Source: an uncultured Acidobacteriota bacterium
GTDB lineage: Bacteria; Acidobacteriota; UBA6911
Length of the DNA stretch: 64,000 bases
Direction of reading: 5' to 3'
NCBI GenBank assembly: GCA_963843575.1
Contig: CAWJKZ010000014.1
Location: 576,001 to 640,000, forward strand
The notes under the pieces: generated by a model
What the model was told of the DNA's origin: nothing
Databases searched by the model: none
What the model saw: only the letters and a program-made list of their open reading frames with translations
Program-made: the position numbers and the translations under genes
In this document: piece by piece, positions 9,340 to 19,716 of the stretch
Layout: every line of letters starts with the position of its first letter
Numbering within the stretch: the stretch's first letter is position 1

Positions 9340-10890
9340 TCAGTTTGCCGGGGCTTTCGTGCGCCGTTGGGAGGAGCGATAGGTAGCGTTCATCTCGCGG
9401 TCGATGCGCGCCTCGAGCCCTCGAGGATAGGCCGGAGAGCTCGCATACAGGTTCATGTGATCCCGTCCCGGCACAAGCTCACAAGTGGCGTCGCTCCCCT
9501 GCTCCTTCAGGAATCCGCACAGCAGCACGACGGCTTCCTCCAGGTGAAAGGTGTCCTCCGACCCGCAGATGATGTGGAGCTTGCCTTGTAGCTTCGGCCC
9601 CAGCGTCGCCCAGTGGGTGGCCAAGGTGAAGCGTATGTCGTAGTGGCGCCAGGACTCTTGCGCGACCGGGTCCTGCTCACCGGTCACGCGGTTGAACAAA
9701 CGCATCGGGCGGCCATCCGGCCCGCGTGCACTGAACACCCATTCGAACGAGGCCAGCTGCCCACCGTAGGGGCCGACGACCTCCTCCTCGCGCGCGAAGC
9801 TTTCGATCGAGGCCACTTCCCGGCCGCCTTCCCGCACCAGGTTGCGGGCGGAGCCGTCCGCCTTCCGGTACATGTTGTCTCTGGAGCCGGGAGTGACGTC
9901 TACACCCGTGAAGCTCCGCATGTCGACGGGGTCTGGGGAGGTGGACCAGGTGCCGCCAAAGAAGTCCGGGTAGGTGATCTGAAGCCACAGGGTGCTCCAT
10001 CCGCCCGAGGAATGGCCGGTCAGGAAACGCGCCTTCGGTGACGGCTCGAGCGGGTAGTTCTTTTCCAGCCAGGGGATGAACTCGGTCGTGAGCGCCTTCC
10101 CCCACGGGCCGTTGTTGACCGAATCAGCGAACTCGTGGTGGCCGCTCGGAAAGGAGCCGTCCAGAAAGACGTGTGCCATCCGGGCGCGCGTTCCTGCGCG
10201 CATCATGGCGGTAAGCGACGGCGCCTGGTCCCAGGCATCCAGGTGGTTGCCGCCGAAACCGTGGACGTGGTAAACCGCCGGGTACAGCCTGCCGGACGCC
10301 TTGCCGGGCAGGACCACGCCGGCGCGCATCACGATGGGCCTCCCCCAGAACGCGGACAGCAGGGGACTCCGGAACTCCGCGAGTCGGACCTGTGGAGTGT
10401 CGGGTCGAGGCCGTGGCGGCTCGGTCCGGCTCAGGATCAGTTCCACGGGCGGGGTTTCGGCCGGATCCAGCCCTTCCTCTACCACGACGGGACTGTAGAG
10501 ATCTCCCGGCCCTAGCCCGGAGTATGCGAACGAGTGATCGGTGTCGAGGAGGGCCATGAACTGGTACCGGCCCTTGCCGTACTGGGAAAAGGGGCGGGGA
10601 AAAGCCTTCCGGTCAGGGTCCAGCCCGCAGCTCTCTCCAGGCGCGAGGTAGTCGAGTTCGGCGCCCGCAACCGCCACGTCACCGGGGACGAAACCCGTCG
10701 TGAGCACGTCGCGCTTCCCGGCTTGGTCCGTCATGAAGACGAGGAGCCGCCCCCGCACGCCCTGGGGTGCGTCGCCGGGGAAGGACACGCGAAATCGCAG
10801 CGGCCCGCCGTCGGGTGTGGACGAACCCAGCACCGCCACGCATAGCAGCAACGCCGCTGCGGCAGACAAGATCCGGTTGCGATACGTCAT
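9340..10890 (-). CDS. Secreted alpha/beta-hydrolase, putative esterase (enterochelin-esterase-like)
   Basis: Signal peptide, nucleophile motif GHSSGG, C-terminal Asp and His (GSEDTF, GRDH). Confidence 0.8.
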   Translation of the reverse strand: MTYRNRILSAAAALLLCVAVLGSSTPDGGPLRFRVSFPGDAPQGVRGRLLVFMTDQAGKRDVLTTGFVPGDVAVAGAELDYLAPGESCGLDPDRKAFPRPFSQYGKGRYQFMALLDTDHSFAYSGLGPGDLYSPVVVEEGLDPAETPPVELILSRTEPPRPRPDTPQVRLAEFRSPLLSAFWGRPIVMRAGVVLPGKASGRLYPAVYHVHGFGGNHLDAWDQAPSLTAMMRAGTRARMAHVFLDGSFPSGHHEFADSVNNGPWGKALTTEFIPWLEKNYPLEPSPKARFLTGHSSGGWSTLWLQITYPDFFGGTWSTSPDPVDMRSFTGVDVTPGSRDNMYRKADGSARNLVREGGREVASIESFAREEEVVGPYGGQLASFEWVFSARGPDGRPMRLFNRVTGEQDPVAQESWRHYDIRFTLATHWATLGPKLQGKLHIICGSEDTFHLEEAVVLLCGFLKEQGSDATCELVPGRDHMNLYASSPAYPRGLEARIDREMNATYRSSQRRTKAPAN

Positions 10891-11092
10891 CGGTCCCTCC
10901 AGTGGAGGCGCGCCACGCGGCGGCAGCCTACAGGCGTAACCAGGCGGGGCGCCACCAGGCTCGATGCGCAGCGCGGTGTGTTCCCTGCCTCACCAGCGGG
11001 CCGCTGCGCCCGAGAGCACCCTGTGGCAATTACGAATTCTCATTTGTCCCGCCCGCCCGCATAATACTAGGGCATTTCGGAAAGGGGTGCTC

Positions 11093-11938
11093 ATGTTCAG
11101 ACGTCAGAAGTCGGGGTCCGTGCTATGCAGCGCCTGCGGCAAGCTCGTCGGCGTCCGCGACGACGTGTGCTGGAACTGCGGCCGCCGCAACCCCGGCCTG
11201 TGGGGTTTCGCCCCGGTATTGCGGCGTCTGGGCTACGATCTCGGATTTGCCCCAATAGTGATGGGCGGATGCGGCCTGCTGTACCTCGCGAGCCTCGCCT
11301 GGGACCCTCGGGGCATCGGCAATAACGGCATCTCTTTCCTGGCCCCGAGCATGCGCAGCCTGCTCTCGTTCGGCGCAAGCGGCGCGATCCCGTTCTTTCT
11401 CCTCGGGCGCTGGTGGACTGTCCTGAGCGCCGGCTGGCTGCACGGCAACCTGCTGCACATCCTGCTGAACATGATGTGGCTGCGCCAGCTCGCCCCCGCG
11501 ACCGCCGAGCTGTATGGCGGGCCGCGGATGGCCATCATCTACACGCTCTCCTCGGCCACGGGCTTCCTGTTGAGCAGCTGGGCGGGACTCCTCTTCGGCA
11601 ACATCCCCATACTCGGTGGGGCGTCGTTTACGGTGGGAGCCTCCGCGCCGATCTTCGGCCTCCTGGGAGCCCTGGTCGTGTACGGACGCCGGGGCGGGAG
11701 CAGTCACATCGGCGGACAGGCGATGACCTACGCCGTCGTCATGTTCGTGTTCGGGCTGATCATGCCTGGCATCGACAACTGGGCGCACCTGGGGGGATTC
11801 CTGGGCGGCTATGCCGTCGCCCGCTGGCTGGACCCGCTGCGCCCTGAAAAAATCGCGCATGTGATCGCGGCCCTGGTCCTGCTCGGGCTCACCGCCGCCT
11901 CCATCCTCCTGTCTCTGCTGTCCAAAGTGACGGTATAG
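11093..11938 (+). CDS. Rhomboid intramembrane serine protease with N-terminal zinc ribbon
   Basis: CxxC..CxxC at the N-terminus, HxxxxHxxxN, GASA catalytic Ser, AHLGG His. Confidence 0.92.
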   Translation: MFRRQKSGSVLCSACGKLVGVRDDVCWNCGRRNPGLWGFAPVLRRLGYDLGFAPIVMGGCGLLYLASLAWDPRGIGNNGISFLAPSMRSLLSFGASGAIPFFLLGRWWTVLSAGWLHGNLLHILLNMMWLRQLAPATAELYGGPRMAIIYTLSSATGFLLSSWAGLLFGNIPILGGASFTVGASAPIFGLLGALVVYGRRGGSSHIGGQAMTYAVVMFVFGLIMPGIDNWAHLGGFLGGYAVARWLDPLRPEKIAHVIAALVLLGLTAASILLSLLSKVTV

Positions 11939-12006
11939 CCTGGCCGGGAGGGCCGGGCGCATAAAGGATCGAGCGCGTTTCCGCGCCTCCTTCTGTCGCC
12001 GCCGCA

Positions 12007-13014
12007 TCAACCGCCCAGGGTGATCATCTCGATCTTCTTGCGCGCAGCCGCGCGATAGCCGTCGGGGGAGCGCAGCGCCTCGAGTCGCTCATCCGAGTAG
12101 CGGTCCTGGCGCGCTCCCCAGACCGACTCGAGCACCGCGCCAATCTCCGGATCGCCAGCTCCCGAACGCAGCAGGCCCTTCAGGTCGCGGCCACTCTCGG
12201 AAAACAGGCAGGTCACGAGTTTCCCGTCGGCCGTGAGTCGGACGCGCGTGCACCCCGAACAGAACGGCTCCGTGACCGAGGCGATGATCCCGAGGTCCCC
12301 GATGCCGTCCGCGAACCGGTAGTCCAGCGCCGGGGCGCTGCCCTTCCTGCCGATCTCCTCGAGCGGGTAGCGGCGGCCGATGATTTCCAGGATCTCGCGC
12401 TTGGACACCGTTTTTTCGGATCTCCAGCCGTTGGCGTTCCCCACGTCCATATACTCGATGAAGCGCACCGCGAAACCGTGCAGTCGCGAGAACTCCACAA
12501 GGTCCAGAATGTCGTCGTCGTTTACGCCACGCTCGATGACGGCGTTCAACTTGATGGGGGACATGCCTGTATCGCGTGCAGCGAAAAGACCGTCGATGAT
12601 CCGTCCCAGGTCCTCGCGCCGGGTGATGCGCCGGAACTTCCCGGCATCGAGCGTGTCGATGCTGACGTTGATCCGCCGCAGACCCGCGTCCCGCAGTGCT
12701 CTGGCCTTGTCGAGCAACAGCGAGCCGTTGGTGGTCAGCGACAGGTCCTTGACCCCGTCGAGGAGCGCGAGCCTCGCGACCAGGTTCTCCAGATCACGCC
12801 GGAGGAGCGGCTCACCCCCGGTCAACCGGATCCTCTCAACGCCGAGCGCGACAAAGATCCGTGCCAAACGTTCGATCTCCTCGAAGCTGAGGATTTCCCT
12901 CCGATCGAGCCACTCGTAGCGGTCGAGGGGCATGCAGTAGACGCAACGGAAATTGCACCGGTCGGTAACGGAAATGCGGAGGTCTTTGGCCTCGCGGCTG
13001 AGCTTGTCCTGCAC
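12007..13014 (-). CDS. moaA: GTP 3',8-cyclase
   Basis: LRISVTDRCNFRCVYCMP, LTGGEP, FCSGCTRVRLTADG, C-terminal GG. GTG start chosen. Confidence 0.95.
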   Translation of the reverse strand: MQDKLSREAKDLRISVTDRCNFRCVYCMPLDRYEWLDRREILSFEEIERLARIFVALGVERIRLTGGEPLLRRDLENLVARLALLDGVKDLSLTTNGSLLLDKARALRDAGLRRINVSIDTLDAGKFRRITRREDLGRIIDGLFAARDTGMSPIKLNAVIERGVNDDDILDLVEFSRLHGFAVRFIEYMDVGNANGWRSEKTVSKREILEIIGRRYPLEEIGRKGSAPALDYRFADGIGDLGIIASVTEPFCSGCTRVRLTADGKLVTCLFSESGRDLKGLLRSGAGDPEIGAVLESVWGARQDRYSDERLEALRSPDGYRAAARKKIEMITLGG

Positions 13015-13245
13015 TATGGCGTTCCCCCGGCCCGCAGGCCAAAAAACCGATCCGCCCCCCCGATCCTCGCCGGCTCCCCACGCGGCGTGGAGACAGGCTA
13101 AAATAATAGCACGCGCACGCTCCGTTTGGACTTCGCTACCGGCTCCGGACTGCGGCGCGACCATGCCCTGCGGGCATCCCGGAACCGCGTCGTGCCGATT
13201 GAACCGCTGGCACGGCCGGCTGCGTTGGGTTATCATCCCGCGCTT

Positions 13246-13953
13246 ATGGCGCGCGCGTTTCGGGGGTATCTGAAGGAGACCAGAAGGCCGGCCTATTCCG
13301 CCGCCCTGCTGCTCCCCTTTTTCCTGATATACCACATCGGGACGTTTTTCCTGCGCACGACGTACATCAATGGCGCCGACGCCCTCATCATACGGTTGTT
13401 GAGCCTCCTTTCGGTCCACTCGATGTTCGCCTCCGCGCTGGTGCTGCTGGCCTGCTTCGTGGTGTGGCAGGTCCGGACCGGAGCCAAGTGGACGATAGAC
13501 ACGCGCAAGCTCGCCCTGCTGTTCCTGGAGAGTGCCGCCTTCGCCCTGTTGCTCTTCGTCTCGGTCGGCTGGCTGTGGTCGCAGGTCGGGATGGCGGTCC
13601 CCGCCGTTTCGGTCGCGGGAAAGCTGCAGAAGCTGATCCTGTACTGTGGGGCGGGCGTCTACGAGGAGTTGGTCTTCCGCGGCTTCCTACTCAGCGCCCT
13701 CATGCTGCTGCTGACCCGCTCCACCGGCTGGAGAGAACGCAAGACGGCGGTTCTGGCCGTGGCGACGGCGGCACTGGTGTTCGCCGTGTTTCACTACGTC
13801 GGCCCCGCCGCCGACAGTTTCTCGCTCGCCGGTTTTCTGCAACGGACCCTGGGCGGTCTCTATTTCTCCGTGCTGTTCGTGACCCGCGGCTTCGGGGTCA
13901 CGGCCGCGTCGCACGCCTTGTATGACATCCTGGTCGGCCTCATCCTGGCGTGA
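13246..13953 (+). CDS. CPBP (Abi/CAAX) family intramembrane glutamic protease
   Basis: YEELVFRG, FAVFHY and SHALYD motifs, multiple TM segments. Confidence 0.88.
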   Translation: MARAFRGYLKETRRPAYSAALLLPFFLIYHIGTFFLRTTYINGADALIIRLLSLLSVHSMFASALVLLACFVVWQVRTGAKWTIDTRKLALLFLESAAFALLLFVSVGWLWSQVGMAVPAVSVAGKLQKLILYCGAGVYEELVFRGFLLSALMLLLTRSTGWRERKTAVLAVATAALVFAVFHYVGPAADSFSLAGFLQRTLGGLYFSVLFVTRGFGVTAASHALYDILVGLILA

Positions 13954-14026
13954 ACGGCGGGCGCGACAAGTGTCCGCGTCACGGACGCCGACTTCAAACG
14001 CCGACTTCACCTGGAACGCGAGGACC

Positions 14027-14728
14027 ATGGAAACCAACCGGCACAGTTTTCCCGTGGTAACCCATGTCATTTTTGACATGGACGGGCTCCTGCTCGACAC
14101 GGAGCCATATTACACGGAGGTGGCGCAGAAGATCGCGGCCCGCTATGGCCGCGTGTTCGACTGGTCGCTCAAGTCCCGGATGATCGGCCTCAGGGCACCC
14201 GACTCAGCCAGGCTTTTCCTGGAGAAACTGGCAATACCGCTCTCGATCCCCGAGTATCTGAAGCTTCGCCAGCGTATGCTGGAGGAGCTGTTCCCCCTGG
14301 CGGAAGCGCTTCCCGGTGCCCGGGAACTGACCACGCACCTGAAGAAGCACGGCGTCCGGTTGGGGGTGGCGAGCAGTTCCGACGGGAAGTATTTCGGGCT
14401 CAAGACCACCCGCCACAGGGAGTGGTTCTCCATGTTCGACTGCATCGTGCTCGGAGATGACCCGGAGGTTCACGAGGGGAAACCGGCCCCGGATGTTTTC
14501 CTGGTCGTCGCGCGCAGGCTCGGTGTTGCGCCGGAGAAATGCCTCGTGTTCGAGGATGCGCCGGCCGGGATCGAGGCGGCACTCCGGGCCGGGATGTATG
14601 CGGTGGCGGTACCGGACCCCAATCTGGAGGCCGCCTGTGGGCAAGCCCATCAGGTCCTGCGAGGTCTGGACGCATTCGACCCCGCCGAATGGGGACTGCC
14701 TCGGAGAGACCCTCGACAACGGAGGTAA
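14027..14728 (+). CDS. HAD-IA phosphatase, HDHD1/GPP1-like
   Basis: FDMDGLLLDTE, GKPAPD, VFEDAPAG. AGGA ribosome-binding site before the ATG. Confidence 0.9.
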   Translation: METNRHSFPVVTHVIFDMDGLLLDTEPYYTEVAQKIAARYGRVFDWSLKSRMIGLRAPDSARLFLEKLAIPLSIPEYLKLRQRMLEELFPLAEALPGARELTTHLKKHGVRLGVASSSDGKYFGLKTTRHREWFSMFDCIVLGDDPEVHEGKPAPDVFLVVARRLGVAPEKCLVFEDAPAGIEAALRAGMYAVAVPDPNLEAACGQAHQVLRGLDAFDPAEWGLPRRDPRQRR

Positions 14729-14784
14729 TCGGGAAGAGTCACAGGAAAGTCCTCGAGTTCAACATCCCTTCGCGGACGGGATGA
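14721..14784 (+). pseudogene. Relic 5' fragment of a yjbQ paralog
   Basis: GGAGGT SD, then GGG followed by KSHRKVLEFNIPSRTG*. The intact neighbour starts [16 protein letters not shown]. Confidence 0.7.
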
Positions 14785-14957
14785 TCGGGTGTGGCGTGTT
14801 CATCCCCGATGTACCAGCAGTCAGGCGGAATGGCGCCTTCCAGAATGTCGACGCAGTCGTGGATGTAGTCCTTCTGCACCGCAAAGATGGTTTTCCGGTC
14901 CTTGCTCTGCCCCGGCACCCTGACTCGGACGAGTGCAGCAAATCACTTTGGGGCCAT
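14739..14957 (-). other. Small ORF with in-frame UGA at codon 5 (nonsense-disrupted gene or selenoprotein)
   Basis: AGGGGG SD-like sequence 7 nt before the ATG. Translation: MAPK*FAALVRVRVPGQSKDRKTIFAVQKDYIHDCVDILEGAIPPDCWYIGDEHATPDHPVREGMLNSRTFL. Confidence 0.5.
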
Positions 14958-14972
14958 GCTCTCGCCCCCTAT

Positions 14973-15395
14973 CTACTCGCCGATGATTTTGATGAGGATC
15001 CGCTTCTTGCGGCTGCCGTCGAACTCGCCGTAGAAGATCTGTTCCCACGGGCCGAAATCCAGCGCTCCGTTGGTTACCGCCACCACGACTTCGCGCCCCA
15101 TGATCTGGCGCTTGTGGTGTGCGTCCCCGTTATCCTCGCCGGTGCGGTTGTGGTGGTAGCGCTCAGGGCTGGGGTCAAACGGCGCCAGCTGCTCCAGCCA
15201 GCGGGCATAGTCCTCGTGCAGACCCGGTTCATCGTCGTTGACGAAAACCGAGGCTGTGATGTGCATGGCGTTAATGAGCGTAAGCCCGTCCCGAATGCCG
15301 CTTTCCTTCACGGCCTGCTGCACCTGTGGGGTGATGTTGAGGAAAGCCATGCGGCTCGGGATGTTGACCTCGATTACCTTGCGGTGGGATTTCAT
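14973..15395 (-). CDS. yjbQ: YjbQ (UPF0047) family, secondary thiamine-phosphate synthase
   Basis: [38 protein letters not shown]. Confidence 0.92.
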   Translation of the reverse strand: MKSHRKVIEVNIPSRMAFLNITPQVQQAVKESGIRDGLTLINAMHITASVFVNDDEPGLHEDYARWLEQLAPFDPSPERYHHNRTGEDNGDAHHKRQIMGREVVVAVTNGALDFGPWEQIFYGEFDGSRKKRILIKIIGE

Positions 15396-15576
15396 ACCGA
15401 CACCTCCTTCACAGCTTGAAGTCTGCGTTGTCCCGAAGCTCTTTGACCACCTTTCTTACTTCTATCACCTCCAACCGGCCGGACACCGCATCGCCCATCG
15501 TGATGCCGCGCTTCTGGTTCCAGAAACGCGGAGTTTGGTCAAGATCATCGGGGAGTAGATGCGCTGGCGCACCAGA

Positions 15577-16677
15577 TCAAGCGCCGGCGCAAGGGTGACT
15601 CCCGTCGAGCAACTCCAGGATGCGGCGGGCCGCCACTTCCGCTCCCCCTTGAGGGGCCGCCTGCCGCGGTTGCGGTTGCCGCCGGATGCTTTCGAGCGCG
15701 TCCCGCAGGTCGCCCCGATACAGGCGCGCAACCGGGAGGTGGAGATGCTGCAGGTACCTGCGGATCGCGCTCTCCAGAACCGCGTACTCCCGGAAATCGC
15801 TGCGGTCGGCATACACCAGCGGTTTGCGGTTGACCACGCAGTCCGACACGATCCCGAAACCCGGTTTGGACACCACGCAGTCGACCGATGCCACCAGGTC
15901 GGGGAAGCTGACCTGCTCCCGGTTGACCGCGTATATGCGCGTCCCTTCCCAGCAGAGCGGCCGCACCGTGAAGAACTCGTATTCCGAGAGCCGCTGCACT
16001 CTCTCGAGGGCATCCGCGTCCCAAGCGAGCGTGGTGAAGGACAGGAGCACCCACGTGCGCCCTGGATCGCACCCGTGGAGCTGCGCGATTTCGTGTCGCC
16101 TCTCCCTCCCCGCGGTGGTGACCAACGGGATATCCTGCACCCGCGGGAACACGTCCATCCCCTCACAAAACGGTAGCCTCAGCAAGAGAGTCGCTCGACG
16201 ATAGCCTTCTGCAAAGCAACGGGAGATCTCCTCCCACCGCCGATCCTTTTCCGCCAGGCCCGCATAGATCCAGTCCCAGCCGAAATTGCCGATCGCGACA
16301 CCCGGAATCCCCAGCTGGGCCGCAGCTTCGAGCGGGACGGCGGGAATATCCGCCACGACGCACCGAACACCGCGACTGACGAGCTGTTGCGCCAGATCGC
16401 CGACCTGGACGTGCCGCCGCCCGCAGAGTTCCATCGCCTTGTCGAGGCTTGCCGCGACATCGACCCGGACCGAGTCCAGCTGGACCATGCCCACGTCAAA
16501 CGAACCCGGGACGAGCGAGAACAAACCCCGGGGGAGCCGGCTCGCGAAAAAGGAGGGCGGGAGATCGGTGACGATAGTAACGGGGAGGTCGGGCCGCAGC
16601 GCGCGGATCGCAGCCAGGATGTCGCACGAGCGGACGCCGTGCCCGTAACCGTGAGCCGTGATGAAGTAGGCGAGCAC
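15577..16677 (-). CDS. GT-B fold glycosyltransferase-like protein
   Basis: YFITAHGYGHGVR, VVADIP, NFGWDWIY, VVSKPGFG. Confidence 0.8.
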   Translation of the reverse strand: MLAYFITAHGYGHGVRSCDILAAIRALRPDLPVTIVTDLPPSFFASRLPRGLFSLVPGSFDVGMVQLDSVRVDVAASLDKAMELCGRRHVQVGDLAQQLVSRGVRCVVADIPAVPLEAAAQLGIPGVAIGNFGWDWIYAGLAEKDRRWEEISRCFAEGYRRATLLLRLPFCEGMDVFPRVQDIPLVTTAGRERRHEIAQLHGCDPGRTWVLLSFTTLAWDADALERVQRLSEYEFFTVRPLCWEGTRIYAVNREQVSFPDLVASVDCVVSKPGFGIVSDCVVNRKPLVYADRSDFREYAVLESAIRRYLQHLHLPVARLYRGDLRDALESIRRQPQPRQAAPQGGAEVAARRILELLDGSHPCAGA

Positions 16678-16700
16678 GCAAGGACCCCAGACGTCAGAGG

Positions 16701-17687
16701 CTATTCGGCGATGGGCCGGATTGTCGTGGCCGACTCCGCGGGGCGGCCTTCGTCATAGGGATGCAGCTCCAGCCACCGTTCAGCCCGCAGGGCCGCCATG
16801 CAGCCGAACCCGGCGGCGGTAATCGCCTGCCGGTAGTGGTTGTCGTGCACGTCGCCGGCGGCAAAAACACCGTCCAGGCTAGTCTCGACATTGTGCCGCG
16901 TGAGGATGTACCCGTGGCTGTTCAGCTCGATGACGCCCTTCAGAAACTCCGTATTCGGGTGATGCCCGATCGCCATGAAAACCCCGCCGATCGGCATGAC
17001 CGATTCTTCGCCTGTGACGAGATTCTTGAGACCCACTGCTTCCAGGACCTGATCGCCGAGATAGCGGGTCAGGACCGTGTTCCAGAGGAAAGCGATTTTC
17101 GGATTCGCCGTCGCGCGCTCCTGCATGATCTTGCTGGCGCGCAGAGTGTTTCGGCGATGGACGACCAGCACCTTGGACGCATGGTGGGCGAGTGTCAGGG
17201 CCTCCTCTATGGCCGTGTCCCCCCCGCCAACGACGATAACCTCCTGGCCCCGGAAGAACAGCGCGTCGCAGACCGCGCAGGCGGACAGGCCGCGGTTCCG
17301 GTATTTCATTTCGTCGGGCAGGTGAAGCCAGCGCGCGGCCGCGCCCGTGGCGATGATGACCGTGCGGGCCGCGTGCCATTCCATGTGCGTCCTGACCCGG
17401 AAGGGCCCTCCCGGAACGAAGTCAACCTCGTCGACATCCTTCAGCAGGATCTCGGTGCCGAACCGCTCCGCCTGCTTTCTCATCAAATCCATCAGGGTGG
17501 GTCCGGTGATGCCTTCCGGGAATCCGGGGAAGTTCTCGACCTCGGTCGTGAACATCAGCTGCCCGCCCGGCAGCTGCAGGGCCTTCGGTTCGGAAGCGAT
17601 CATCAGGGGTGCCAGATTGGCTCGCGCGGCATAGATCGCTGCAGTGTAGCCCGCCGGGCCGGAACCGACGATAATCAGATTGCGCAT
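16701..17687 (-). CDS. trxB: Thioredoxin-disulfide reductase
   Basis: GSGPAG, CAVC redox motif, VGGGDTAIEE, VFAAGD, RQAITAAG. Confidence 0.96.
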   Translation of the reverse strand: MRNLIIVGSGPAGYTAAIYAARANLAPLMIASEPKALQLPGGQLMFTTEVENFPGFPEGITGPTLMDLMRKQAERFGTEILLKDVDEVDFVPGGPFRVRTHMEWHAARTVIIATGAAARWLHLPDEMKYRNRGLSACAVCDALFFRGQEVIVVGGGDTAIEEALTLAHHASKVLVVHRRNTLRASKIMQERATANPKIAFLWNTVLTRYLGDQVLEAVGLKNLVTGEESVMPIGGVFMAIGHHPNTEFLKGVIELNSHGYILTRHNVETSLDGVFAAGDVHDNHYRQAITAAGFGCMAALRAERWLELHPYDEGRPAESATTIRPIAE

Positions 17688-17870
17688 ACCTCGTGCCCCC
17701 CGAAACGCCGCAACAGATACGTTTGCCGTGATTGTGGCCGAACGACCGCGACTTGCAGCTGCACTACGGCCGCCCGGTGCTCCCGCGGCCACAAACGAAA
17801 GGGTTAAGGGTACACCGAGACCGGCCGGGATGAAACGAGATTTTAAGATGTCGGAGGATCGCCCTGTGGC

Positions 17871-19556
<1,686 letters not shown>

Positions 19557-19716
19557 TCAACTGCACGCCCGCACGATACCAAATCGCCCTGAGCGAATGG
19601 AATCTGGATTCTCTGGGCCTTCAGACTCCTGGCTTCCAGCGGCGGGCTTGGAGGATTCAAAGAATCGCCTGTTCGGTTGCGGGCCCGGCCGTGCCGAGGT
19701 ACTATCGCCAGTCGAT

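Noticed and set aside
13015-13245. Moco riboswitch upstream of moaA
   Set aside because: No recognisable motif. The spacer looks like a divergent promoter region.
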